This document shows positions 1 through 8,518 of a stretch of DNA of 64,000 nucleotides, one piece after another. The position numbers were made by a program, and so were the translations under genes. The stretch's first letter is position 1, and each line of letters begins with the position of its first letter. The notes under the pieces were generated by a model. That model saw nothing but the letters and a program-made list of their open reading frames with translations, was not told where the DNA came from and did no database searches. The stretch comes from an uncultured delta proteobacterium. Lineage in GTDB: Bacteria; Desulfobacterota; RBG-13-43-22. The stretch covers positions 62,934-126,933 of the forward strand of contig CAWGEQ010000034.1 in NCBI GenBank assembly GCA_963821645.1. The letters run 5' to 3'.

Positions 1-45
1 CGCTAATGGAGCATTCACCCAGACGGGCTTTGTATCCGGAACGAC

Positions 46-228
46 TTATAAGGTCACCCCTTCGAAATCAGGGTATTCCTTCAACCCGAAGAGTTTGATT
101 TTTTCAAATACGAATACGAACTTAAATTTTACCGGAACACCCAAAGGCAGGAAATAATAATCCGGTAGAACTTCCTTTTGGTTAGAACGAGTCAGTAATG
201 TCCGGTTAAGTTCTTGCACATAGGACAT
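46..228 (-). CDS. small hypothetical protein (60 aa), no recognisable family
   Basis: Complete ORF in the six-frame track. No motifs recognised. It sits next to a decayed SDR gene fragment. Confidence 0.2.
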   Translation of the reverse strand: MSYVQELNRTLLTRSNQKEVLPDYYFLPLGVPVKFKFVFVFEKIKLFGLKEYPDFEGVTL

Positions 229-249
229 GGGGGTAAACTTGAAAGTTAT

Positions 250-480
250 CTAAAGAAAGAGAATGAGATATTTCCCCCATGTCCAAGGTTTCATCTGCAT
301 CAACCCCTTATAATACCCCCCATCCACCTGTGTGGTCGTCCCGGTGATATAGGAGGCCCGCTCGGCGGCCAGGAAGACTACCAGGTTGGCCAATTCTTCC
401 GGTCGCCCCATCTGTCTCAGGAGGATCTGTTAATGGGGGGTCGGGCCATACCGGCATTGGGTCTGGGCACGGCAACTAAT
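250..480 (-). pseudogene. 3' remnant of a short-chain dehydrogenase/reductase (SDR) gene
   Basis: Minus-strand translation gives '...QILLRQMGRPEELANLVVFLAAERASYITGTTTQVDGGYYKGLMQM...', the classic SDR C-terminus (PEE.A..V.FLAS..ASYITG..VDGG). An in-frame TAA lies immediately upstream and the catalytic region is degenerate ('CPDPMPVWPDPP' instead of '..AVCPG.I.T..'). No N-terminal part is present. Confidence 0.55.
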
Positions 481-672
481 TGATCTCGGAGGAAATATTA
501 TCATCAGGACCCTCTAAAATGGGCACATAATGAGTTTTTTGATGCTAAAAAGGAGGTTTTCCCGATATGGCAAGAGCCGGCTCCTATGACCAGCTAAGCC
601 CTTAAGAATCATTTATGAAATCGTTAAACTTTTTTCTTGCTCCCATAACGGGACCAAGGTATAATAATATCA

Positions 673-966
673 ATGAGAATCATCTCACGAAAGACGCTAA
701 AAGAGTTCTGGGAGAGGCATCCCGATGTCCAACAGCCCCTCCAAGCATGGTATAACGACGCTAAGCATGCTGGATGGAAAAACCCAATGGACATTAAGAC
801 GGTCTTTCGAAATGCCAGTTTTGTAGGAAATGATAGGGTTGTTTTTAACCTCAAGGGCAACACCTATAGATTAGTCGTCTCTATCAGCTATGAGCACGGA
901 ATTGTATTCATCAGATTTCTCGGCACGCACCAAGAGTACGACAGAATAGATGCGGCGAAAGTTTAA
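673..966 (+). CDS. higB: type II toxin HigB (RelE/ParE superfamily mRNA interferase)
   Basis: 97-aa ORF 'MRIISRKTLKEFWERHPDVQQPLQAWYNDAKHAGWKNPMDIK...FRNASFVGNDRVVFNLKGNTYRLVVSISYEHGIVFIRFLGTHQEYDRIDA', typical of the HigB family. It is followed directly by an HTH antitoxin gene. Confidence 0.8.
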   Translation: MRIISRKTLKEFWERHPDVQQPLQAWYNDAKHAGWKNPMDIKTVFRNASFVGNDRVVFNLKGNTYRLVVSISYEHGIVFIRFLGTHQEYDRIDAAKV

Positions 967-979
967 GGAGGGCACTGAC

Positions 980-1357
980 ATGAAGATCAAACCATTAAGG
1001 ACAGAATCCGATTACGAGGCCGCACTAAAGGAAATTGAGCGGCTCTTTAATGTGAAGCCCGGTACCGCCGAAGCAGATCGCCTTGAGGTTTTGATAACCC
1101 TCACAGAAGCCTATGAGGAGAAGCATTACGCTATTCCTCTGCCTGATCCCATTGAAGCCATTCTCTATCATATGGAAAGCCGGGGGTTATCTCGTCGGGA
1201 CATAGAGCCCTTTATTGGCAGTCGTGCACGTGTATCCGAAGTCTTGAATCGAAAACGCCCGCTTACCATGGAGATGATCCGAAGCCTTCACGATGGGTTG
1301 GGTATTTCTGCAGAAGTGCTGATTCAGTCGTACAGAACACTCAAGGACGCGGCATGA
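980..1357 (+). CDS. higA: antitoxin HigA (XRE-family HTH, C-terminal HTH as in HigA)
   Basis: ORF 950-1357. The likely start is the internal ATG at 980 (MKIKPLRTESDYEAALKEIERLF...), with the HTH at the C-terminus (LSRRDIEPFIGSRARVSEVLNRKRPLTMEMIRSLHDGLGIS). The toxin-first gene order matches higBA. Confidence 0.75.
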   Translation: MKIKPLRTESDYEAALKEIERLFNVKPGTAEADRLEVLITLTEAYEEKHYAIPLPDPIEAILYHMESRGLSRRDIEPFIGSRARVSEVLNRKRPLTMEMIRSLHDGLGISAEVLIQSYRTLKDAA

Positions 1358-1397
1358 GGGGTGCGGTCGATGTGCAAGCGCCCGGCTGAACTTCCGT

Positions 1398-1550
1398 TCA
1401 ATGACGAAATGAATCGATCAGGGGGGGCCGGGGGAAAAGCCTCAAGGCCTTGACGAATCCTTTCAGTCCCTTTTCTGTAATTTCAAACCGCCTTACCGGC
1501 ATTGGGGCGGACCACGGCAACCAATTGATACTCGGAGGAATATTATACAG
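1398..1550 (-). pseudogene. mosaic of duplicated gene fragments (piece of the 12749-13273 gene plus piece of the SDR remnant)
   Basis: 1430-1500 is identical to 12990-13060 (ggggaaaagcctcaaggccttgacgaatcctttcagtcccttttctgtaatttcaaaccgc). 1500-1550 matches 440-505 closely (…accggcattgggKcKgRacacggcaacYaattgatMtcggagga…). The 'gttcRatgacgaaatgaa' junction at ~1395 matches 12721. Confidence 0.6.
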
Positions 1551-2734
1551 TGACAGCCAACAGCTATGATTTTGGTCCCGTGCATGCGGCAATGCGGCGG
1601 TACGTGGATGCGAACATTCTTGCGGGAGTCTCTTCCGCGGTCCTAATAGGGCGAGAATTAATAGACCTGAATTGTGTCGGGTGGGCAGACAAGGAGCATG
1701 ACATCCCAATGCGAACCGACCATCTTTTCCGGGTATTCTCCAACACCAAGCTGATCACGTCCTGCGCTGCGCTGCTTCTATTTGAGGAAGGTCGATTCCA
1801 ACTGGATGACCCGATCGAGAACTTCATACCCCAATTGGCGAATCGTCGTGTTCTAAGGCCCGGAGCGACGGCATTGGATGATACGGAACCCGCCCGCGGA
1901 CCGATTACCATTCGTCATCTGATGAGCCATAGTTCGGGGTTGAGCTACGGACTTCTGGACCCTGGGACGATTATCTATAAGGCTTACGTCGAGCATGAAG
2001 TCCGCAATCCGGAAACGTCGTTGGCAGATATGATAGAGGCATTGGCCGACCTGCCGCTCGTCTTTCATCCCGGTACTGGGTGGGAATACTCAATAGCTAC
2101 CGACGTTATGTCCCGGCTGGTCGAGATCATTAGCGGCCAGCGCTTTGACACCTTCATCCAGCAACGGGTACTCGATCCCCTGGGCATGGTGGATACAGGG
2201 TTTGTCGTGCCAGAGGAAAAGCGCCACAGGTTCGCGGCGTATTATGCCGGTGCAGACCTTCTGAATCCAATGAAGCCGGGACTCACCCGTATAGATGACG
2301 CACCATATCCCCAGGCCTATTTACGACCAGTCCCTCGACTTTCGGGAGGAGGTGGATTGGTCTCGACATTACCGGACATGGTGGCCCTCCTGCGCAGCCT
2401 TTTGCCCGGTGGTCCAACGTTGCTAAAACCAGAAACTATTGCCTTGATGATGACCAATCAGTTACCGGAAGGCGTATGGGTCCGGTTTCCAGGATTAGGC
2501 GAACTTCGGGGCTATGTCTTCGGACTTGCAGGTATGCTGACGCTTGCGCCTTCCCCACTTGAACCCAAAGAATCAACTGGCGAGTGTCAGTGGGGCGGCA
2601 TTGCAGGCACTCAATGGTGGATTTCGCCAAACACGAATCTCGCAGGATTGCTGATGACCCAGCGTCAGATGGCTTTTTTGCACCCTTTTTCATTCGAGTT
2701 CAAGCAATTGGTCTATCGAGCTGTTAGCCGGTAG
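1550..2734 (+). CDS. serine hydrolase, beta-lactamase class C / esterase family
   Basis: 394-aa ORF with the S-x-x-K active-site motif (FSNTKLITS) near the N-terminus, a later 'HLMSHSSGL' element, and overall beta-lactamase/EstB-like organisation. Confidence 0.8.
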   Translation: MTANSYDFGPVHAAMRRYVDANILAGVSSAVLIGRELIDLNCVGWADKEHDIPMRTDHLFRVFSNTKLITSCAALLLFEEGRFQLDDPIENFIPQLANRRVLRPGATALDDTEPARGPITIRHLMSHSSGLSYGLLDPGTIIYKAYVEHEVRNPETSLADMIEALADLPLVFHPGTGWEYSIATDVMSRLVEIISGQRFDTFIQQRVLDPLGMVDTGFVVPEEKRHRFAAYYAGADLLNPMKPGLTRIDDAPYPQAYLRPVPRLSGGGGLVSTLPDMVALLRSLLPGGPTLLKPETIALMMTNQLPEGVWVRFPGLGELRGYVFGLAGMLTLAPSPLEPKESTGECQWGGIAGTQWWISPNTNLAGLLMTQRQMAFLHPFSFEFKQLVYRAVSR

Positions 2735-2841
2735 CTTAAGATGAATGCGACTTTGGCCTCTGCAAACTGCTGTTCTTATACACCAGCCACTACGAATTGA
2801 TACGATCTTGATCTTGATTACATCTAATAGGGAGGACATTT

Positions 2842-3519
2842 ATGAATATCACAGCCATTGTGGGCAGCCCGAGAGGAGTTAAAGGGGCTACAGGCTCTCT
2901 CATGAAGATAGTGCTCCAGGGGGCTGAAAGCCTTGGAGCTACCGTCGAGATCTTTGCCATCAAAGGACATGAAATAAAACCGTGCAAGGCCTGCGATACG
3001 TGCCACCGGGAGGGCTCCTGCCCACAGAAAGACTCATTCAAAACGATCAAGGAGAGCATTGACAAGGCGGATGGTCTCATCCTGGCCAGCCCCAACTATA
3101 TATTTCATGTCAGCGCCCAACTGAAAGCATTCCTTGATCGCTGTTGCGGGGTGGTCCATTGCCAGGGATTCGACGGGAAGTATGGCGTAGCGGTGGTAAC
3201 TTCTGGGGGAGGGGATGAGGCCCCCATAGCGGACTATATGCAGCATTTCCTGGCCACCACCGGGGCTATCCCTGTCGGTGCTGTCTGGGCGACAATGGGT
3301 GAGATTGAGGGTCATAACTTCCCTTCGGAAATAAGAGAAAAGGCTTTTGCCCTGGGTGAGAGGCTGGTTAAAGCCTGGTGGGCCAAAGAAATCACCCCCG
3401 AGTACAAGGAGATAACCCGGAAGTTTAGAGATCGTATGCGTTCACTGATGCTCTGGCGCAAAGATGAATGGCCCTATGAGTATGAATACTGGAAGGCACA
3501 CAGGGGGCTGAAGGGGTAA
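2842..3519 (+). CDS. NADPH-dependent FMN reductase-like iron-sulfur flavoprotein (Isf-like)
   Basis: Flavodoxin-like fold signature (IVGSPRG...GLILASPNY) plus a compact Cys cluster (CKACDTCHREGSC), characteristic of iron-sulfur flavoproteins. An RBS (ggagg) lies upstream. Confidence 0.7.
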   Translation: MNITAIVGSPRGVKGATGSLMKIVLQGAESLGATVEIFAIKGHEIKPCKACDTCHREGSCPQKDSFKTIKESIDKADGLILASPNYIFHVSAQLKAFLDRCCGVVHCQGFDGKYGVAVVTSGGGDEAPIADYMQHFLATTGAIPVGAVWATMGEIEGHNFPSEIREKAFALGERLVKAWWAKEITPEYKEITRKFRDRMRSLMLWRKDEWPYEYEYWKAHRGLKG

Positions 3520-3755
3520 ACGCCGACGGACACATCAAAATACTAAGAGGGAAAAGGATCAATGTCCTGATGGCTGCATTAGAAGCTTCCGGTAGTCCTC
3601 GATTTGCCATCCTTGAAAAAAGACAAGAGTTCAGATGGGCAATAAGGCCTTATGGTGAACAGGGAATAATCTTGTATATTTAGAGAAAATTATTCATACT
3701 TTTTGTTCATTACAAATGTCTCCACGTCGAAACTCAACATAAAGGAGGGCTAACG

Positions 3756-3842
3756 ATGCCAGAAGGAAAAGTTAAATGGTTTAATGATTCGAAGGGATTT
3801 GGTTTTATCGAGCAGGATGGTGGCAAGGTGAGCCCAACATGA
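3756..3842 (+). pseudogene. cold-shock protein (CspA family) N-terminal fragment, 28 codons, ending in an ATGA overlap with the next gene
   Basis: Strong RBS (aaaggaggg), then ATG at 3756. Translation 'MPEGKVKWFNDSKGFGFIEQDGGKVSPT*' carries the CSD RNP1 motif (KGFGFI) but stops where '..DVFVHFS..' should follow. No continuation exists in any frame. Confidence 0.65.
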
Positions 3843-4375
3843 ATATACTGAATCTCTTCTTTTCCGCGACCGGAAACACCGAAAAGGTGGCCATGAAAAT
3901 TCAAGAAACGGCTCAAGGTCTGGGGCACAGCGTGGATACGGTAAAGATCACGCAAGAGACGCAAGTGGATATCCTCCGATATGACTTCGCTTTTGTCGGA
4001 TCAGGCGTCTATTCCCAACTTCCGGGAAAACCCGTCATGGAAGTCTTTCGAAGTCACCTCCAGGAATACATTCGGAAAGGTGAGATCAAGCCCGCTTCTC
4101 CCCGAAGGCCCTCGGCCAAATCCGTGGTCTATTGTACTTACGGCGGTGCCCATACGGGTATGAACGAAGCCGTACCCGCAGTGAAGTACATGGGGCAATT
4201 GTTTGACCATCTCGGCTATACGATCGTTGCAGAATGGTATGTGATCGGGGAGTACAATACAGAGAGGCTGAGGAACCACTCCGTTTCAGGGCGATTGGGA
4301 GATATCCGCGGCAGGCCGAACGAGGGAGATCTGCGCGATGTGGCGGAGAGGGTGAAGGGCGTACTGCGGATTTAG
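3839..4375 (+). CDS. flavodoxin-like protein
   Basis: The N-terminal 'LFFSATGNTEKVA' is the flavodoxin FMN phosphate-binding loop (T/S-x-T-G-x-T). The start codon overlaps the stop of the csp fragment (acATGA). Confidence 0.7.
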   Translation: MNILNLFFSATGNTEKVAMKIQETAQGLGHSVDTVKITQETQVDILRYDFAFVGSGVYSQLPGKPVMEVFRSHLQEYIRKGEIKPASPRRPSAKSVVYCTYGGAHTGMNEAVPAVKYMGQLFDHLGYTIVAEWYVIGEYNTERLRNHSVSGRLGDIRGRPNEGDLRDVAERVKGVLRI

Positions 4376-4496
4376 ATCGTGGGCGACCGTCAGGCGAATC
4401 CCTGTTTTCGGATGTCTTTCAGCACCTTGAAGGTTGAACGCACGGTCCCCGTATGGAAACGCAGATCTAATATTCGGAACACCACGGAATGGCCAA

Positions 4497-4988
4497 TCAT
4501 TGTTGTCTTAGGGTATATCCACGGGCATCAAGGCAGGCATTTATCGCCCGTAAATAGTCTTTACTCTTTTGGATGGTCCGAGCATCCGGGGCGTCAACGG
4601 GTGGTATTGACGGATCGAAGTCGGTCTGACCAACAGCCCAGTCGTGGCACTTGCCAACATCTTCGGTCTGTTGCTCTTCACTTTGACCTTGGCGGGGGTA
4701 GATGAACATCTGACCACCCGACCCTTGGCTTGCCGACGGAGGCACCTGACTTCCTTCGGCCGGAGGTGGATAATAATAGTCCGGAGGGTAATCGTACGAC
4801 CCCAAGCCCCAGCCTAAAACACCACCGATAAATAATCCGGGTAAGAACCCCCCAGGCCCATGAAATCCTCTATGGCTACCATCTCCACGGAATCCCCCAT
4901 GGTCACCATCTCCGCGGAATCTTTTCCTGCCCTCCAGATCCATGAAATCCTCCGCGCCCCCCATCCCCACGAAATCCTCCAGAACCAC
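4497..4988 (-). CDS. glycine-rich hypothetical protein with a glycine-zipper segment and internal 9-aa tandem repeats
   Basis: 163-aa ORF. Repeats GFRGDGDHG/GFRGDGSHR are encoded by ~27-bp tandem DNA repeats (4855-4990). A 'GGFLPGLFIGGVLGWGLGS' glycine-zipper-like hydrophobic stretch is present. The C-terminal ~60 aa contain two Cys. The true start is uncertain. Confidence 0.4.
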   Translation of the reverse strand: MVLEDFVGMGGAEDFMDLEGRKRFRGDGDHGGFRGDGSHRGFHGPGGFLPGLFIGGVLGWGLGSYDYPPDYYYPPPAEGSQVPPSASQGSGGQMFIYPRQGQSEEQQTEDVGKCHDWAVGQTDFDPSIPPVDAPDARTIQKSKDYLRAINACLDARGYTLRQQ

Positions 4989-5691
4989 GGTCGGCCTCTG
5001 CCTGTTTAAACGGAACGAAAAGGGTTATCAAAAAAAGGATGCTTAACAGACTAATGAGCTTTTTCAAATTTCTATTTTTCCGGCCAGTCTGGAAAGGGCA
5101 ACTGGTTCAAACTGGTCTTCTTAAAATAAGACTTTAAAAGGATAATCAAGTTAAAAAATATAACCACGTTGATCTTGGCCTTTCCGTCCAAGCGATCAGG
5201 ATAACCTCCAATTCCCTTAGTTTTCTCCCGTTTTGTCGTCCGTCGGACGACCATTCTGGTCAATCTTCTGCTCTACAAAGGCCTCCCCGGCGTTTCAGCT
5301 AAACTAAGCATCAATCGTTTGTTTTGCAATGGGCATATAATCTCTGGCAAACGGCCAGAATGAATGAAACTCCGACACCAAGATTTAGAAAACCCCGTGT
5401 ACCTCCGATAAAAATCCAATAAACCCACCACGCCCTCACCCGACCGGTCACTTAAGACCAACGTTATTCTGACTTCGTCCAATTTTCTGTTGACTACCAA
5501 TCGTTCGAGAGGGATGCGGCAATAAAACAGCCGCACCTCTCAACGTAATGTTGGATGGCGGAAGTCCAACAGAGGTAATTAAAAAGAAATTCTTCAGGCC
5601 CTGCCCCTTTACTACACCCCGCCTCTGGCTCAATTCTGCGTTGGCCTAAAATCGCTTGACATTATAATACCACATATAGTATCATCTTAAA

Positions 5692-6111
5692 ATGTTCAAA
5701 AGACGAATTATCCTTGATACAAGTGTATTATTTTCTGGACTGTATTCCTCTGAAGGGGCTTCTTATCTGATTTTAAGAGCTATTGAACGAGGACAAATTC
5801 GGATAATTTTATCAACCCCTTTATTATTTGAATATGAAGACATTTTAAATAGAAAGAAATTTGAACTGGGGTTATCAGAAAAGCAAATAGAGGCCGTTTT
5901 AGACAATTTATGCAGGCTTAGCGACCATCAAAAAATATATTATTTATGGAGGCCTTTCTTAAAAGATCCGAACGATGATCATATACTTGAGGTAGCGGTT
6001 GCTTCACAATTAGAAATTATTGTTACCCACAATATTAAAGATTTCAATGGAATTGATAAATTTGGGATAAGAGCAATAACGCCTAAAAAACTATTGAAGG
6101 AGATAAAATGA
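5692..6111 (+). CDS. PIN-domain protein (putative toxin of a TA pair, TIGR00305-like)
   Basis: 139 aa. 'ILDTSVL' gives the first acidic residue of the PIN fold; later 'DDHILEVAV...IVTHNIKDF' fits. It overlaps the downstream RHH gene by 4 nt. Confidence 0.7.
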   Translation: MFKRRIILDTSVLFSGLYSSEGASYLILRAIERGQIRIILSTPLLFEYEDILNRKKFELGLSEKQIEAVLDNLCRLSDHQKIYYLWRPFLKDPNDDHILEVAVASQLEIIVTHNIKDFNGIDKFGIRAITPKKLLKEIK

Positions 6112-6344
6112 GTGCACTTAGTTTGAGATTGCCCGGCTCAATTCATCAACATATCAGGGAGATAGCCAAAAAAGAAGGTGTATCAATAAATCAATTTGTT
6201 TCATCTGCGGTATCTGAAAAAATTTCGGCGATCATGACTGAAGATTATTTAAAAAGTAGAGCCGAAAGAGCGAAAAAATCTGACTTTAAGAAAATATTAG
6301 ATAATGTCCCAAAACGTAAACCGATTGTTGGCGATGAATTGTAA
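6108..6344 (+). CDS. ribbon-helix-helix (CopG/HicB-like) antitoxin
   Basis: 78 aa. 'LSLRLPGSIHQHIREIAKKEGVSINQFVSSAVSEKI' is a typical RHH beta-strand plus two helices. It is translationally coupled to the PIN gene. Confidence 0.65.
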   Translation: MSALSLRLPGSIHQHIREIAKKEGVSINQFVSSAVSEKISAIMTEDYLKSRAERAKKSDFKKILDNVPKRKPIVGDEL

Positions 6345-6454
6345 ATATAGGCAACAAGTCTGTGCAGCAGACAGGATATATTTATTCGGTGCTTTATTTT
6401 GAAACCGGTAAACTTTCAATCCAATCTCTGATCAAGACTTGGTAGGTTAATTCC

Positions 6455-6500
6455 CCTATCCGAAATTATTGTCCGATTGGCCAAGGATCTGATTCGGGAG
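6455..6500. promoter_or_regulatory. conserved ~45-bp upstream element, copy 1 (cccctatccgaaattattgtccgattggccaaggatctgattc)
   Basis: About 80% identical to the copy at 7055-7100 (cccctcgactgaattaattgttcgactggcaaaggatctggtcc). Both lie 60-100 bp upstream of a start codon (6596 and 7130). Confidence 0.5.
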
Positions 6501-6595
6501 GTCCATTGAATTAAGGTTATTGGGAAAATCTTATAGAATATCGTAAAGACCGATTGGTTGGTTCTTATTAAAATAATAAGATATAGGAGACAAGT

Positions 6596-6877
6596 ATGGA
6601 TCAAATATTTACTAAAAAAGTGCGGACCGCGGCAGTGGCAGGGTGGTGGACTTTGTTAATCGCCTCATGTATCCTGTTGATTCAATGGCTTGCTTATTTG
6701 CTGATTATGACCAAACAGCCGACAGGAATAGTTTGCTTATTGGGTAAAGGTGTAACCTATCCGGAAATCCGTACTATCTGGCTGTGGGCAATGATGGCAT
6801 TTAAGCTCGGCGTCGGAATGATGATATTTGTCGTCATCTGGCTGACCCTTTGGGCAAGACAAATGGCAAAAAGATAG
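6596..6877 (+). CDS. small membrane protein (two to three predicted TM helices), function unknown
   Basis: 93-aa ORF with hydrophobic stretches (WWTLLIASCILLIQWLAYLLI, WLWAMMAFKLGVGMMIFVVIWLTLW). A conserved ~45-bp upstream element is shared with the next gene. Confidence 0.45.
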   Translation: MDQIFTKKVRTAAVAGWWTLLIASCILLIQWLAYLLIMTKQPTGIVCLLGKGVTYPEIRTIWLWAMMAFKLGVGMMIFVVIWLTLWARQMAKR

Positions 6878-7054
6878 AATTGACGGTTATGGCTAAATAG
6901 CCATGAAGTAGGCTTTAAAGGTTCACAGAAAATGGCGACCTGACCCTGACAATAATCCCGAAAGTCCCGAACGATTATCTGGGGGCCGACAGAGGAATAT
7001 TAGCTGAGGATTAATTGTTTTATAGGATAAAAATGACGGTTGGGATTTGGACCC

Positions 7055-7100
7055 CTCGACTGAATTAATTGTTCGACTGGCAAAGGATCTGGTCCAATCA
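7055..7100. promoter_or_regulatory. conserved ~45-bp upstream element, copy 2
   Basis: See copy 1. Shared core 'attgtYcgaYtggcMaaggatctgRtYc'. Confidence 0.5.
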
Positions 7101-7129
7101 ACTCGTTAGAATGACCTTAAGGAGGAAAC

Positions 7130-7723
7130 ATGCAGTTTGATCAGGTAATCCAAACGCGGAGAAGCATCCGGAATTTCAAGCCGGACCCGGTATCGGACAA
7201 GATCATTTACGAAATATTGGCGGCTGCCCGCCTGGCGCCTTCCGGCTCGAATATCCAACCCTGGCGGTTCATTATTATCCGGTCTCCGGAAATGAAGGAA
7301 AAACTTAAGGCGGCTACCGTCTTCCGGTTTGCCTTAAAAGCGCCGGTCGTAATGGCCTGCTGCACCGACCTTTCGGCTCTGGACAGTAGACCGGACCGAC
7401 TCGTAGAATTGGTCCAGGTAGGGGTGTTTGACAATGTTGAAGTTGACGGCGAATATGCTCCACCGGAAAGGAACCAAGAACAGGCACTGGCCTATTTGAA
7501 CATGAACGTAGGAATAGCCATTACCCACATGATGCTCAAGGCGGTTGATTTAGGCTTGGGAACCTGCTGGATCGGCGGATTTGACCCTAAGAAAGCAAGA
7601 GAAGTTCTTGCGCTGGAGGATAATCTTCATGTCGTGGCATTATTGCCCATCGGATATCCGGTACGAATCCCTGCACAGCGTCCCAGGTTTCCATTAGAGA
7701 ATTTGATCGTCAGGACGGTTTAA
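7130..7723 (+). CDS. nitroreductase family protein (NAD(P)H-flavin oxidoreductase)
   Basis: 'RRSIRNFKPDPVSDKIIYEILAAARLAPSGSNIQPWRFIII' is the canonical nitroreductase N-terminal signature. An RBS (aaggagg) precedes the ATG. Confidence 0.85.
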   Translation: MQFDQVIQTRRSIRNFKPDPVSDKIIYEILAAARLAPSGSNIQPWRFIIIRSPEMKEKLKAATVFRFALKAPVVMACCTDLSALDSRPDRLVELVQVGVFDNVEVDGEYAPPERNQEQALAYLNMNVGIAITHMMLKAVDLGLGTCWIGGFDPKKAREVLALEDNLHVVALLPIGYPVRIPAQRPRFPLENLIVRTV

Positions 7724-7820
7724 TGGGCAGTTCAACAAGGCGATTGATCTGATTGTTTGATTGGAAAAAGGCCCGAATTATCTCTTTACAGAGGAATGAT
7801 ATTCACCTTATAGGTTCCAG

Positions 7821-8132
7821 CTATAATTTTTCAAACATAGTCTGAAGTTCCTTAATCAAAGCTATCTCCATTTCGATGAATCGGTCATCGGTGAGGATGA
7901 ATTCTACCTCGTAGTAAGTTTGGTATTCCACGGCGCTGGAGGCATGCTCGATGGCCTTAGTGATGGCAATGTCCTTGAGGCCTTCAAAGTCTTTGGTACT
8001 GGATATTGCCGTCTTGTGGAGAATGAGATGCATGGCTTTTTTGGCATCTTCGACGGTCTCAAGAATGATATCAATCCCCACCAGTTTTTTAATAGCTTTG
8101 GTGATCTTTTCATCCTGTACTTTGATTCTCAT
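7821..8132 (-). CDS. hypothetical protein (103 aa)
   Basis: Clean ORF with a good RBS context (ggaggaatc ATG). No family recognised. Confidence 0.45.
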   Translation of the reverse strand: MRIKVQDEKITKAIKKLVGIDIILETVEDAKKAMHLILHKTAISSTKDFEGLKDIAITKAIEHASSAVEYQTYYEVEFILTDDRFIEMEIALIKELQTMFEKL

Positions 8133-8518
8133 GATTCCTCCACATTAAATGGAAAGCATTTCTTCGCCTGCGTGGTCCTTAACTTCAATCGGAGTGTATT
8201 AAATATGAATTGGGTTGTCAACAGATTTAAAGACGGCCGCTTCTGAATTCCGATGCTAAATTCTGGGGTTAGGGCCGGGGCCTTTTCTTCAGCCTTGGCC
8301 GGTTCGGCCGGAGCAGCCGCGGGAGTGGTAGGACCGGTTTCTCAGCGACTTTCTTTTCCAATAGGCTTCTTGGCCTCTTCAGCCGCAAAAGCCAAAGAAA
8401 TCGCCATCGCGAAAACTAAGGTGTGACAAACATAATACTTGCCATTTTAGTCAACAAAAGGATAATCGGAAAAGATAGGGTATTTAAAATTGGACAAAGA
8501 CTATGGGGGGGGGAATCC

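Noticed and set aside
214-483. 89-aa plus-strand ORF
   Set aside because: It is antisense to the SDR C-terminal remnant. It is Pro/Gly-rich and low-complexity with no RBS.
1564-1911. 115-aa minus-strand ORF
   Set aside because: It lies entirely inside, and antisense to, the well-supported serine hydrolase gene.
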